Shown piece by piece: positions 28,601 to 37,606 of a DNA stretch of 64,000 bases; position 1 is the first letter of the stretch; each line of letters begins with the position of its first letter. Where the stretch lies: positions 180,851-244,850 of IMG/VR virus record IMGVR_UViG_3300032331_003609, one strand, 5' to 3'. Under the pieces are notes generated by a model. The model worked only from the letters and a program-made list of their open reading frames with translations, did no database searches and had not been told where the DNA came from. The position numbers were made by a program, and so were the translations under genes.

Positions 28601-31600
28601 CAGAATACGGCAATCAATTTAATGAAGGTCAAGAATGTAAGGTTTTAAAAAAATACGAAGAAACAATAGGATCTGGGACATGTCAATTTGGATTACAAAC
28701 TATTCAGGTTAATACTATAAGTAGTGATTATCCGGGAGGAGGTAAAGGACCTGCTATTGTCACGATAGATCCCGCATACTTACCCCATAATTTTTCAGCA
28801 GGTGATGATGTACTTTTAATAGATAATTATAATCAGCATATACAATCATCTTCAACTAGCACATTTACTTTAGGTCAGGGGGGAACATTAACAGTTAATA
28901 CTGGATTGGATTTTATAGCAGGAAAAGAAGTTAGAATATCACACAATTACGGGAAGTACCAGATCAGTGAAATAATATCATATAATCCAGTAACCGGAAT
29001 TCTTGTTTTTAATACTCCAACAAAAGTATCAGGAAGAGGAGCAAAAACGTTTACTGCGGTAGCTGGGTTTAACTTTTTCGTATTCCCGTATAGAATTGGA
29101 TATGTTGAGGTTTTGATCAACAATGTTGTAACATCACCTTCAAACTACACTGCAACCGATGGTGCAGTTGTATTCTTAAATTCTGGATATTCTGTGGGGG
29201 ATTCTGTTAAAATAAGAGAAATAATAGGTCCGTATAATCAATGGGAGGTATCTTCTCAAAATTATTCTGGAAATTATACAATATCGTCTGTAACAAATGA
29301 TGGATTTTACATTCCGTTAATAATGGATGGAGCTGTTAATCCTGCCAATTTTAGTCTAGTTGAAATAGGATCTATTACTATTAACTATGAAGGTAAAAGA
29401 TTTACAAAGGTTGATTTTAACGGAAGACTAGATACCACTTTAGGTAATCTAATGAGTAAATTTAATAATTCAAAAAAAGATCCAGCATTTGCAATTGATA
29501 CCATATTTAATGATTCGGATATCGTTAATGTATTGGTTCAAGAATGGAAAGATGTCGCATTTAAAGCACCAATAGGATCTGGAAATTCATTCAATGGAAA
29601 ATATCTAGATATTATTACTACCGGTGGATTATTTTTATATGACGGGCAAAGTCCTGTACAATCTCTAAGTGTTGAAATAAACGGAGGAGTTAATCAATAT
29701 AGCGATTATGTTGATTATTCTTTTAATGGCGATCTACCTGTTGAAAACATTAGATACTATGGAACAAAAAAATTGGACTGGGATGCATTTGATATTTTAG
29801 AATGGGATAATCTATATGCTCAAACCTGGCAGTTTTATGACTATCATAATGATTGGTTAGGAGGATTTTCTTTATACAATCTTCAAGCGGGGGATAAGAT
29901 TAAAGTTGGATCCAGCACAAAAGGAATAGTTTTAGGAAATGATACTGATGATAATAGTCCTGGATATTTAGATTTAAGGGAAGCTTGCAATCAATTAAAT
30001 GCTTCTAAGGATAAAGGAATATCTAAATTCTACTATGAGGTTAGAGGATTTTCTAAACTTCCTGGAAAGTTTGATATTCAAGGTAATCCCGAAAATTCTC
30101 CTTTAACTTGTTTAGCAATCCCTTACAACGAAGAGACCGAATCTTATGATCTTCAAGAAAATCCTAATGTTATAGAAGGGCCAACATCTATAGTTCAGGA
30201 TAAAAATGGTGATATTATAATGGGGGGTGAATCATCAGTTAAGTTATTTAGATCTCCAAACGACATAGACGTTTTTGATATTGCATCAAGATTTCCAGGA
30301 TCAACCCCAAGAAAGGTTATAACAGACGAGTATAATAACTGGTGGTGTTATGGGGATTATGCTGATATACCTTTATTAATATTTGATAGAGAGAATCCTG
30401 AAAATACTAAAATATTTACTTCTCAACCAATTGCTGATTTTGCTAGGCCAGATTTAAATTTTATAGTACCAGTTCCTGATGATCAATTTCAAGTCATATC
30501 TTTAGCAGTTGATAATTTAACAGAAAACTTTGTAATGTATATTAAATACTTCCAAAGTTATAGTGTATCATTACCAGATTCAGTTTTCAGACTAATAGAA
30601 TATAATGCAGGATCTCAAGAATTTAATACGATATCAACAGTAGGACCAGTTTGGAATGTTAATAAAATATATGATCAGGGAAGTATAGTAAGTTATCTTG
30701 GTGATTCATATCTTTCTTTATTAAGCTCGAATCAACAAAGAAATCCTACAGCATATTCAAACTATTGGGAAAAAATATATCAACCTAATCCAGGTGTTGT
30801 TGATTTAACTCTTTATTACATCAGACAGATGAAGTACAATTATGTTGGAAAAAAATCTGAGTTATGGATAGCAACTAATGATGGAATTAAAATCTATGAT
30901 GGAATTAAGATCAAGACTATCAATACGGATAATTCAGGACTTCATTCTAAAGATGTATATTCTATAACATTTGATGAGGTGGGCGGGAAATGGATAGGAA
31001 CAAGTAATGGAATAGCATATTATGATAATGGAAGATGGGGATGCTGGACGCCTTCGTCAAATCCAGAATTACCAATAGGTAGATCTAGAAATATAGTTAA
31101 TTTAGGAAACGGAAGAATATTCTTCATGCTTCAGTATGGGTCCGGACTTTATAAGTTAATCTATTTTAATGGAATTAACTTTATTGTTTATGATAATAAT
31201 CCAGGAACATCACAAGGATTTTCCCCGGGGTCTGGTGCAGATAACGATTATGAAGATCTATATTTAGTATTAAACAAAACTAAATTCATTGATGGTAAAT
31301 TTACCAGATATGTGAATGATCTATTTTACCTAGGTGATTCCTATAGAGGTGGTGACCCTTATGTCGATCCTTCTTATTGGGATATAACATATGTCGGATA
31401 TTTCTCAAACGGAAATAATGTATTTCTAAATAAGATAAATTATCTTGTTCCTTATGTTCACGCTTCTTCAAAATCACCAGGAATGCTAGGATGGGAATTT
31501 ATTTACCACCTTTCCTTTAGACCTTTTGCAGATCCTATTTATGTGAAGAATAGAGGACTAGGTGATGTTGAAATTAACTTTAACCTAATTGTAGGTCCGT

Positions 31601-33633
31601 TATATACTTCTTCTATAAATATAGGTAAAGATCCTCAACTTCCTTATGTTGATAGAACAAGTTGGAAGTTACCAGAATGGATTAAGTATGATTTTAATGA
31701 TATTATAGATTCTCACCCCGGAATTGATAAGGATGATTTATTCTTAGATGCTCCTTTGAGAGATATTATTTCAGGAAAAGCTAAAACTGAAACCTATTGG
31801 AGAAATTCAAATGTTATAAGAAGTGCAGCAAGGGATACCGGAAATTTAATTGATAGTTTTGAATGGGTAATTAAAATAGGTGATTCTTCTGATGACAGAG
31901 GAACTAAAATATTTATAGATACAGAAGGGTATGTTTATGCAACTGGATATTTTAATCAAAATGCATACTTTGGTGCTAAAAATAATTTACCAACTGGAGC
32001 AAATACAACTCTTTCATCACCGAACAATCAATCTATATTTGTTGTTAAGTATAATCAATATGGGGTTGTCCAATGGGCCAGAAAACATGGTGGAACAGAT
32101 TCGGTAACATCTTCTTCTGATTCTATCAATGATTATTCATATACACCAACCGGTATAAAAGTAGATCACCTAGGAAATGTAATAGTTATTGGATATAAGA
32201 CAAAGACTAGAAATAATACCACTAACGAAAAACCTACAAATATATTTTTAAAGTGGGATTTTAATGCTCAACCTTTAACTTCGTCTACCCTTTTTGAACC
32301 TTCTAGTAATACTGCCGATGATACTATTAAGGATCTTGCTATTGATAGAGTAGGTAACACTTATATAACGGGTGTTTATAAAGGAACCTTAACTTCTGGA
32401 TTAAATTCAATAACATCTTCCAATGATAATTATGAAGTATTCATTGCTAGAGTAGAAAATGATGGTTATATAAAATGGCTTTATAAAGCAGGAACAGGAG
32501 GCAACGAAACAAATCCTTCTATCCAAATTGGAAATGCATTCGAAGACCTTTATTTAGCATTCAATACTACAGACGGATCATCACAAAAAATAGTTCTAAA
32601 TAGATATTCTAGTTATGACTTTAATATACAATGGAGTAAAGATTTGATTAATACTAACTATAGTGGAAATCCTACATCTCCTAGAATTAAAGTATCATCA
32701 AATGGTGAAATAGCATTGGGTGCTACATTCTCAGGATCCTTATCATCAAACGGGAATAGTGTTGATTCAAACGGTGATTCTGATATTGCTATATTTAAAT
32801 TTAATGGATACAGAACAATGTGGGCTAAGAATGTAGGATCATCTTCTACGGATTACTGTCAGGATGTTGATATAGATTCGGAAGGAAGTATATTCATATT
32901 AGGATCTTATGGAGCTAAATTAATAGCATCTCCTGAAATATCATCTCCTAACTATTACCCTTCTCCAAAGGGAAATCTTGATTTAATAATGTTTAAGTAT
33001 TCTAACGGAGGAACACTTCTTGATGTAGTAGATGCTGGGGGAATAGCTAAAGACGAAGGAATTTCTCTTTCAATAGATAAAGATGATAATATTTATTTAA
33101 CAGGTTATATTTCAGGCCAATCCCAATTCTCTAATTGGATAACATCGCCTAGCGGAGGAGAAGATGCTTTTGTTGGAAAAATATCTAATTTAAGATACCA
33201 AAAGGGAAATAAGAACGGGAATATATTTTCTTGGTTTGGATCAGGATCTTGGCAAGCAGGTGAATCAAAAATATTCAAAGAAGAATTTGAAATTCCAATA
33301 GGAACAACAGTGGTATTCAATCCGATAGATTCTTTAATACCCGGCAAGAAAAATCACGTATGGAAATTAATATATGACGGGGATGGATCAGAAATTATAA
33401 ATATAAGAGATGCTCAATCTTTTATATGGACATTCAATCAGCCAGGATTTTATACCATTTATTCTTCAGTTGAAGATAGTAACGGAAACGTTTCGATTCA
33501 CAATAAAAACGGATACATTAGGGTTATAGATCATAAAAACCCTCCTCCCGGAGAATCAGTCCTGTCAGTAACTAGCGATACTTTTAGAAAAAGATCAATT
33601 TATGAATTAGATTCTAATCCTCAGTTAATCTAA
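25657..33633 (+). CDS. Giant gp7-like baseplate wedge protein with PKD-like, CBM5/12-like, Reg_prop and SBBP beta-propeller modules
   Basis: LGSYKGLINAIRFFGY is the gp7/baseplate-I-type helix. Other motifs: WNVNKIYDQGSIVSY..YW (CBM5/12-like); LWIATNDG...NSGL..DVYSITFDEVGGKWIGT (Reg_prop); several D..GNxYITG repeats (SBBP); C-terminal WTFNQPGFYTI (PKD). Confidence 0.7.
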   Translation: MSYKNLIFFNKSGHQTNLIWNGDFWEARLMLPRVSVDLFEIEHFFIVEKFLDLNGKTVYGYPHITPDITATTTASGIYGNFTAGSNVIKTDNAPLADYIGAKVFTDQFPQGNEVVSVDLLLNRITLKDSATITENDVPLIFNLWKSSFETTRNVLDFDTFDSFKGDIIKGTDYITTSSDLSKIKSSGDYLTLLGNGVPKNARITSIVGNKIYLNKICNVNITNTSIFVYPVEEKNDVSDYIFQYEVFEDKTLDAPVLNKLQNSYIKVGYDGTESFQNDIRTSDYIDSSSITINIALNSPDEGIFGRTLVIEDYSLGYPKIIARIEIHGETIGEDERYKTLLSNFGRKLNSEDAYILRPSDPKEPYTDYEIINAKRKELLLEGHEIFSYLGSYKGLINAIRFFGYQDLRVKEYWLNVKKSDTAVGALKENSDFMNKLKAKPQSQSTLIGNLLDDENAGSYKQVEIYGKKNDGTYGLKSSMEELFPSSSYKKTALFGLFYDINVVVDEAYDEFGYPITKNADVFSPDEVLIKLFGLKEKLKKDYLPLNARIIDITGEGVYFGIYKNRLWIDNLKIDELHQGIDLDLAFTPDYGYVEDLRPFYLRPNKYIPFVPFVGENLSSYKYTTYGNHVEPKATNPIFTGTESKKLADSIKLFYERRNKGEIKYRLGDGDSKNNGYFKLFDGQKYEVPAGFPTVLEVTTFNISWDEVGNHWDALENNFATYSTSLSSWNDTGYTGDGLINSSLSYTFDTATGFGTLFSITLPTGLNFLHPSMGSVQLKFTSTDDSSFQFLCEVENGTTPGTYYDATSGVTPLKLLWSKGDGIMDTWKVELVNTFKDLLSVEYYDYSFNPGGFYSWDNLRFAGFYEIEWTVIKRGEVPFYYEFRGAISDYYKLPIVLPYDGIYSVKCRVWDGFNDICTVNYENCIEVKKRDIELTNIARFRETEVYTWENTKQNWDDYISMWLFPVEKGRDPGIISNQILNPAEYGNQFNEGQECKVLKKYEETIGSGTCQFGLQTIQVNTISSDYPGGGKGPAIVTIDPAYLPHNFSAGDDVLLIDNYNQHIQSSSTSTFTLGQGGTLTVNTGLDFIAGKEVRISHNYGKYQISEIISYNPVTGILVFNTPTKVSGRGAKTFTAVAGFNFFVFPYRIGYVEVLINNVVTSPSNYTATDGAVVFLNSGYSVGDSVKIREIIGPYNQWEVSSQNYSGNYTISSVTNDGFYIPLIMDGAVNPANFSLVEIGSITINYEGKRFTKVDFNGRLDTTLGNLMSKFNNSKKDPAFAIDTIFNDSDIVNVLVQEWKDVAFKAPIGSGNSFNGKYLDIITTGGLFLYDGQSPVQSLSVEINGGVNQYSDYVDYSFNGDLPVENIRYYGTKKLDWDAFDILEWDNLYAQTWQFYDYHNDWLGGFSLYNLQAGDKIKVGSSTKGIVLGNDTDDNSPGYLDLREACNQLNASKDKGISKFYYEVRGFSKLPGKFDIQGNPENSPLTCLAIPYNEETESYDLQENPNVIEGPTSIVQDKNGDIIMGGESSVKLFRSPNDIDVFDIASRFPGSTPRKVITDEYNNWWCYGDYADIPLLIFDRENPENTKIFTSQPIADFARPDLNFIVPVPDDQFQVISLAVDNLTENFVMYIKYFQSYSVSLPDSVFRLIEYNAGSQEFNTISTVGPVWNVNKIYDQGSIVSYLGDSYLSLLSSNQQRNPTAYSNYWEKIYQPNPGVVDLTLYYIRQMKYNYVGKKSELWIATNDGIKIYDGIKIKTINTDNSGLHSKDVYSITFDEVGGKWIGTSNGIAYYDNGRWGCWTPSSNPELPIGRSRNIVNLGNGRIFFMLQYGSGLYKLIYFNGINFIVYDNNPGTSQGFSPGSGADNDYEDLYLVLNKTKFIDGKFTRYVNDLFYLGDSYRGGDPYVDPSYWDITYVGYFSNGNNVFLNKINYLVPYVHASSKSPGMLGWEFIYHLSFRPFADPIYVKNRGLGDVEINFNLIVGPLYTSSINIGKDPQLPYVDRTSWKLPEWIKYDFNDIIDSHPGIDKDDLFLDAPLRDIISGKAKTETYWRNSNVIRSAARDTGNLIDSFEWVIKIGDSSDDRGTKIFIDTEGYVYATGYFNQNAYFGAKNNLPTGANTTLSSPNNQSIFVVKYNQYGVVQWARKHGGTDSVTSSSDSINDYSYTPTGIKVDHLGNVIVIGYKTKTRNNTTNEKPTNIFLKWDFNAQPLTSSTLFEPSSNTADDTIKDLAIDRVGNTYITGVYKGTLTSGLNSITSSNDNYEVFIARVENDGYIKWLYKAGTGGNETNPSIQIGNAFEDLYLAFNTTDGSSQKIVLNRYSSYDFNIQWSKDLINTNYSGNPTSPRIKVSSNGEIALGATFSGSLSSNGNSVDSNGDSDIAIFKFNGYRTMWAKNVGSSSTDYCQDVDIDSEGSIFILGSYGAKLIASPEISSPNYYPSPKGNLDLIMFKYSNGGTLLDVVDAGGIAKDEGISLSIDKDDNIYLTGYISGQSQFSNWITSPSGGEDAFVGKISNLRYQKGNKNGNIFSWFGSGSWQAGESKIFKEEFEIPIGTTVVFNPIDSLIPGKKNHVWKLIYDGDGSEIINIRDAQSFIWTFNQPGFYTIYSSVEDSNGNVSIHNKNGYIRVIDHKNPPPGESVLSVTSDTFRKRSIYELDSNPQLI

Positions 33634-34314
33634 TTATCTGTCGTTGTATTCGGTGTAAATTGAAAGTATTTCAGGAACGATAGGATGTCTATGATTTTTC
33701 TTAAGAGAAATAATTTGAACACCGGGTACTCTAGCAGCAACTGTATTCAGAAAATCAAGCCCTGAATCTTTTTTAGCTTTAAGATCAATCTGCGAAATAT
33801 CACCGCATATCATAATCTTTGATGCTACCCCAAGTCTACCTAAAACCATCTCCATTTGATTATTGGTCACATTTTGTGCCTCGTCCAAAATAACGCACGA
33901 ATTAAGAAAGGTTCTACCCCTCATAAAAGGAAAGGGAAGTATTTCTATAACATTATTTTCTACTAATTTGTCTATCTTTTCTTTGTCATAAAGCATATAA
34001 AGATTGGAATAAATTGGGGCTAGCCAAGGGTCCATTTTTTCTTTAAGATCCCCAGGTAAAAACCCGATGTCTTCTTTTGCTACTGTTGGTCTAGTAATTA
34101 TTATTTTTTCAGCTTCCCTATTAAAAAGTAGGTCTAAAGCAATTTGACAAGCCAATAGGGTCTTTCCTGAACCTGCCATTCCCCTTATTACTGTGACTGG
34201 ATTCTCTAAAATAAGCGATTTTGCTTCTTTTTGTTCTTCGTTTAATTGAATTTGGAACTTAATAGGGCCTTTAACTTTCCCTTTCATAGGTTGCTCTTTG
34301 GATTCTCTTTCCAT
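33634..34314 (-). CDS. phoH: PhoH family ATPase
   Basis: GMAGSGKT Walker A, IGFLPGDLKEKMDPW, FMRGRTF, ILDEAQN, GDISQIDL and HRHPIV. Confidence 0.96.
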   Translation of the reverse strand: MERESKEQPMKGKVKGPIKFQIQLNEEQKEAKSLILENPVTVIRGMAGSGKTLLACQIALDLLFNREAEKIIITRPTVAKEDIGFLPGDLKEKMDPWLAPIYSNLYMLYDKEKIDKLVENNVIEILPFPFMRGRTFLNSCVILDEAQNVTNNQMEMVLGRLGVASKIMICGDISQIDLKAKKDSGLDFLNTVAARVPGVQIISLKKNHRHPIVPEILSIYTEYNDR

Positions 34315-34404
34315 AAATGTTTTGGGTTTTTTTGACAGAAACTAATATACGTTTTAGTGTATGATCTATGCATGAAGGATTTATTTCTTCGTTCAAGCTT
34401 ATTT

Positions 34405-34414
34405 GATATATATA
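34405..34414 (+). promoter_or_regulatory. Putative late promoter GATATATATA
   Basis: ATATATA core in the divergent intergenic region, about 20 nt upstream of 34435. Confidence 0.55.
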
Positions 34415-34434
34415 TTCAGAATAAAAAATAGCAA

Positions 34435-35400
34435 ATGATTACTATACAGGAGATCTTAGGAACAGATTCGATTGCAGCTTCGAGACTGACCATTAATTCA
34501 AATTTTCTATTGGTTGAGAATGAAATCAACGATATAGAGAACATTTTTAATATTAATGTGGTTACGGGAGCCATGGATATTTCCCAGGCAACTAGCGGAC
34601 AGTTTAAAGCTAAGACAGTTTATGCAAACCAGGCAGCCTTTCCAGCATCAGGAACACCTACCGTAAATATTTATGGAACAGGTGCAAGTGCAGGTAATGC
34701 TTCATTTTCTGGAACTGTTTCAGCAACACAATTAATCCTGTCTGCAACAGGTTCATTCAATCAAATAAATGCATCGGGTCCAGCTGTTTTTGGCTCTACG
34801 GCTAGATATGATGGAGCAGTTACCTTTAACTCATCAGTTACTAACGGCCCAACTGGTTCTTATATTGAAAAGAATGCTACAGGAGCATCGGGTTCAACCA
34901 ATGCATTCATTTCACCTCTTAGCGGAGGCGGAGGGGGTATTACTGGTACTTTTAGCAATCCCTATGCTTTAGCTTTAAACGAGAGTGTAGTTTATGTTGA
35001 TGCTGGTTACGTTAGCTCAGCTGGAGGGGATTCTGGCTTTAATACCGGATTTTTCTTCTATGTTGCTACAGGAACTGCACCATCAGGAACCCCGCCTTCT
35101 ATTCCACAAGGATTTAGATTAACGTTAATCAATACTAGCGGAGCAGGTGGAAGAATCGCTACCGGTGTGACTGGACCAACAGGAAGCACATATTACACAG
35201 GATTTAATACATCAGCAAACGGCGGAGCATGGGCTTCTAAAGCAGTATTGGTTCCTTCATCACTTCCTTATAAAACATCTGTTACTCTTCAATGGGAAAA
35301 CAGAATAGGAAAAGGTGGTACATCACAAAACGGATCCTGGGTGGTTATATCTTCTTCAGGATACGTTGGAACAGATTTTAGCGCAGGAACTGGAGCATAA
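34435..35400 (+). CDS. Gly/Ser/Thr-rich fibre-like virion protein
   Basis: The N-terminus (I.I..I...D......INSNF) resembles a fibre anchor; the body is small-residue-rich and beta-like. Confidence 0.6.
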   Translation: MITIQEILGTDSIAASRLTINSNFLLVENEINDIENIFNINVVTGAMDISQATSGQFKAKTVYANQAAFPASGTPTVNIYGTGASAGNASFSGTVSATQLILSATGSFNQINASGPAVFGSTARYDGAVTFNSSVTNGPTGSYIEKNATGASGSTNAFISPLSGGGGGITGTFSNPYALALNESVVYVDAGYVSSAGGDSGFNTGFFFYVATGTAPSGTPPSIPQGFRLTLINTSGAGGRIATGVTGPTGSTYYTGFNTSANGGAWASKAVLVPSSLPYKTSVTLQWENRIGKGGTSQNGSWVVISSSGYVGTDFSAGTGA

Positions 35401-35421
35401 TATTTAATAAAATAAAATCGA

Positions 35422-37605
35422 ATGGCGAAAACCCCATTTATTAGGCCCTTACAAGTACAGGGTGGAACTTTTTACACATTTAGTTCTGCTGCAGAGGATC
35501 TTGCGTTAACATTTAATAATACAGTAAATAAATTTAGATTTTCGAAATACGTTCTTTTGAACATTCCTGAATTTAGAGAGCCTCTGTATGGGGAAAATAC
35601 TATTTTATTTAATACCACTGATTCTTCATTTTTAGACGTTGCAGAGGAATCTTTTACTATAGTAGATCCTAATAATCTTAGTCCTAATTTAGAAATATCA
35701 TTTCAGAATTACTGTTTAAATTTAGAAGCATCTTTAGCTTCCAGCGAAAATTATAATCCCACACTAAAAAGAAATGTGTCGGAAAGAGTTTTTTGGAAGT
35801 GGATGAAAGAAATGGGTGCTATTAGATTTAGACCTGCAAATTCAAATGAGGTTATTCCAACACTAGATCAAAACTACACAGGTCTTTCTGGGGGATTTCC
35901 GTATTCAGATAAAAGATGGACTGAAGAGGATGATTATTTTACAGGAAACGGAAGTTCAATTCCGAGATACTCTAGAATGGTTAAATATATTGGAGAGTGC
36001 GATATTGTTAACTCTGTACAGCATAAAAACAATTCTTACTCAGAAGTTTATATACACGTTCCGACAAGTGATGGACATACGCCATTGGTTATGTTTAAAA
36101 CCAAAGCTGATGAAAACTATTATCCTGGACAAATATTAACTCATACCCCTAACGATCCTTTGGATACAGAATATCTACAGGGGAGAAGTCATAGTATTGG
36201 AACATATGGTCCTAATGGATTTCCTACACTTGCAATTTTTGACCAGGATGTTATAGGTCAACCGGGTGTAACAGGAACCGATGCATCAGGAAATCAATTT
36301 GTTCATCAATGGTATTATCCTAGAAATGTAGCTAATTCATATTATACGGATTCTTCTTTTTTCAGTTCAGACACCGATACAATAACCAAGTATTTAAAAA
36401 ATGGAACATATGAGGTAGGATATAAAAGAAATAGATTAGATGGTATTCAATTAGATTTTAATGCGGATAATTATAAACCTATAGTTGATAATCCTTCTAT
36501 TAGCACAATAGACGAATTCAACGGGACAATGGATTCTGCTTCTTTCGAATTTAATTCAATACTTCTTTATTATGATGTTTACGATCCTAATAATCCGGAA
36601 GATGCAGAAACAAATCTTTACGGTATTTTATTCCTTGAAGATATTGAACCAATTTCAAATTCTGCAGGAAGAATTCCCTCTTTCAAAAAATACAAACCAG
36701 ATCCGATAACTAAGCTTAATGGTAATTCATACGGCTTAAAGATAAATCTTAAATTTGATACTGATGTAGATAGCACAGGTGTTGAACTAGCAGTTAATGA
36801 TTATTCATCATTCTCTCTTTCAATGTTTATGGATGCAGCTAATGTGCTTCAGGAGGCTTCTAGAACACTTAATGATCAATCGCTTGAAATGATAGGCGTT
36901 GCTAATAGAGTGACTGTTTTGGAGGATCTAGTTGTCACTATGGATGATAATACCTCTATAGGAGCAAGATTAACATCGTTGGAAAATGCAATGGTTGCTA
37001 ATCAGGCATTATTTAAAAATACCCAGGATATTTTAGGATTAATAGAAAGAAATTATTCATTAACTAATGATCTTTTAAACGGAAGAACTAATATTAAGCT
37101 TTCCTATGATCTTGATCTTATTAAAAGCGGGGAAGGCATTAATGTTGATAGATCAGTACAAAATAGATTGATACTTAATAACACCGTACAGCATTATAAT
37201 ATTACAGAAGATACTAATTATAATTTTACAATAAACGAAACTAGTGGTAACACATTAGTATTAAATCCTTTTAACAATTATTACAAGCATAGCAATTTTG
37301 GATTAACTATCACATTGACCAATGATGTTATCATAAGAATCGATGACACAAACAGTCAATGGAAAAAAGGCCAAACTATTAGATTGGTTTTTGATGACAA
37401 AATAGTACTTGCTGGTAATAATATTCTTATGTATACAGATACAAAAGGAGTATATCCGTTGAGCTCACCATCAGGGGTTGCTTATAGCAAGCTAGTTGGG
37501 GGTTTCACACAAAGCATATTTGATTCTGCAGGCAATAAACCTATCTTTGATATAGTTTGTGTCGACGAAAAGAATTTAGCTTTCGAAATAGATCAAATAA
37601 GATAA
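35422..37605 (+). CDS. Putative virion structural protein
   Basis: 727-aa ORF in the structural operon, with an internal coiled coil (VTVLEDL...LTSLENA). Confidence 0.55.
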   Translation: MAKTPFIRPLQVQGGTFYTFSSAAEDLALTFNNTVNKFRFSKYVLLNIPEFREPLYGENTILFNTTDSSFLDVAEESFTIVDPNNLSPNLEISFQNYCLNLEASLASSENYNPTLKRNVSERVFWKWMKEMGAIRFRPANSNEVIPTLDQNYTGLSGGFPYSDKRWTEEDDYFTGNGSSIPRYSRMVKYIGECDIVNSVQHKNNSYSEVYIHVPTSDGHTPLVMFKTKADENYYPGQILTHTPNDPLDTEYLQGRSHSIGTYGPNGFPTLAIFDQDVIGQPGVTGTDASGNQFVHQWYYPRNVANSYYTDSSFFSSDTDTITKYLKNGTYEVGYKRNRLDGIQLDFNADNYKPIVDNPSISTIDEFNGTMDSASFEFNSILLYYDVYDPNNPEDAETNLYGILFLEDIEPISNSAGRIPSFKKYKPDPITKLNGNSYGLKINLKFDTDVDSTGVELAVNDYSSFSLSMFMDAANVLQEASRTLNDQSLEMIGVANRVTVLEDLVVTMDDNTSIGARLTSLENAMVANQALFKNTQDILGLIERNYSLTNDLLNGRTNIKLSYDLDLIKSGEGINVDRSVQNRLILNNTVQHYNITEDTNYNFTINETSGNTLVLNPFNNYYKHSNFGLTITLTNDVIIRIDDTNSQWKKGQTIRLVFDDKIVLAGNNILMYTDTKGVYPLSSPSGVAYSKLVGGFTQSIFDSAGNKPIFDIVCVDEKNLAFEIDQIR

Positions 37606-37606
37606 A

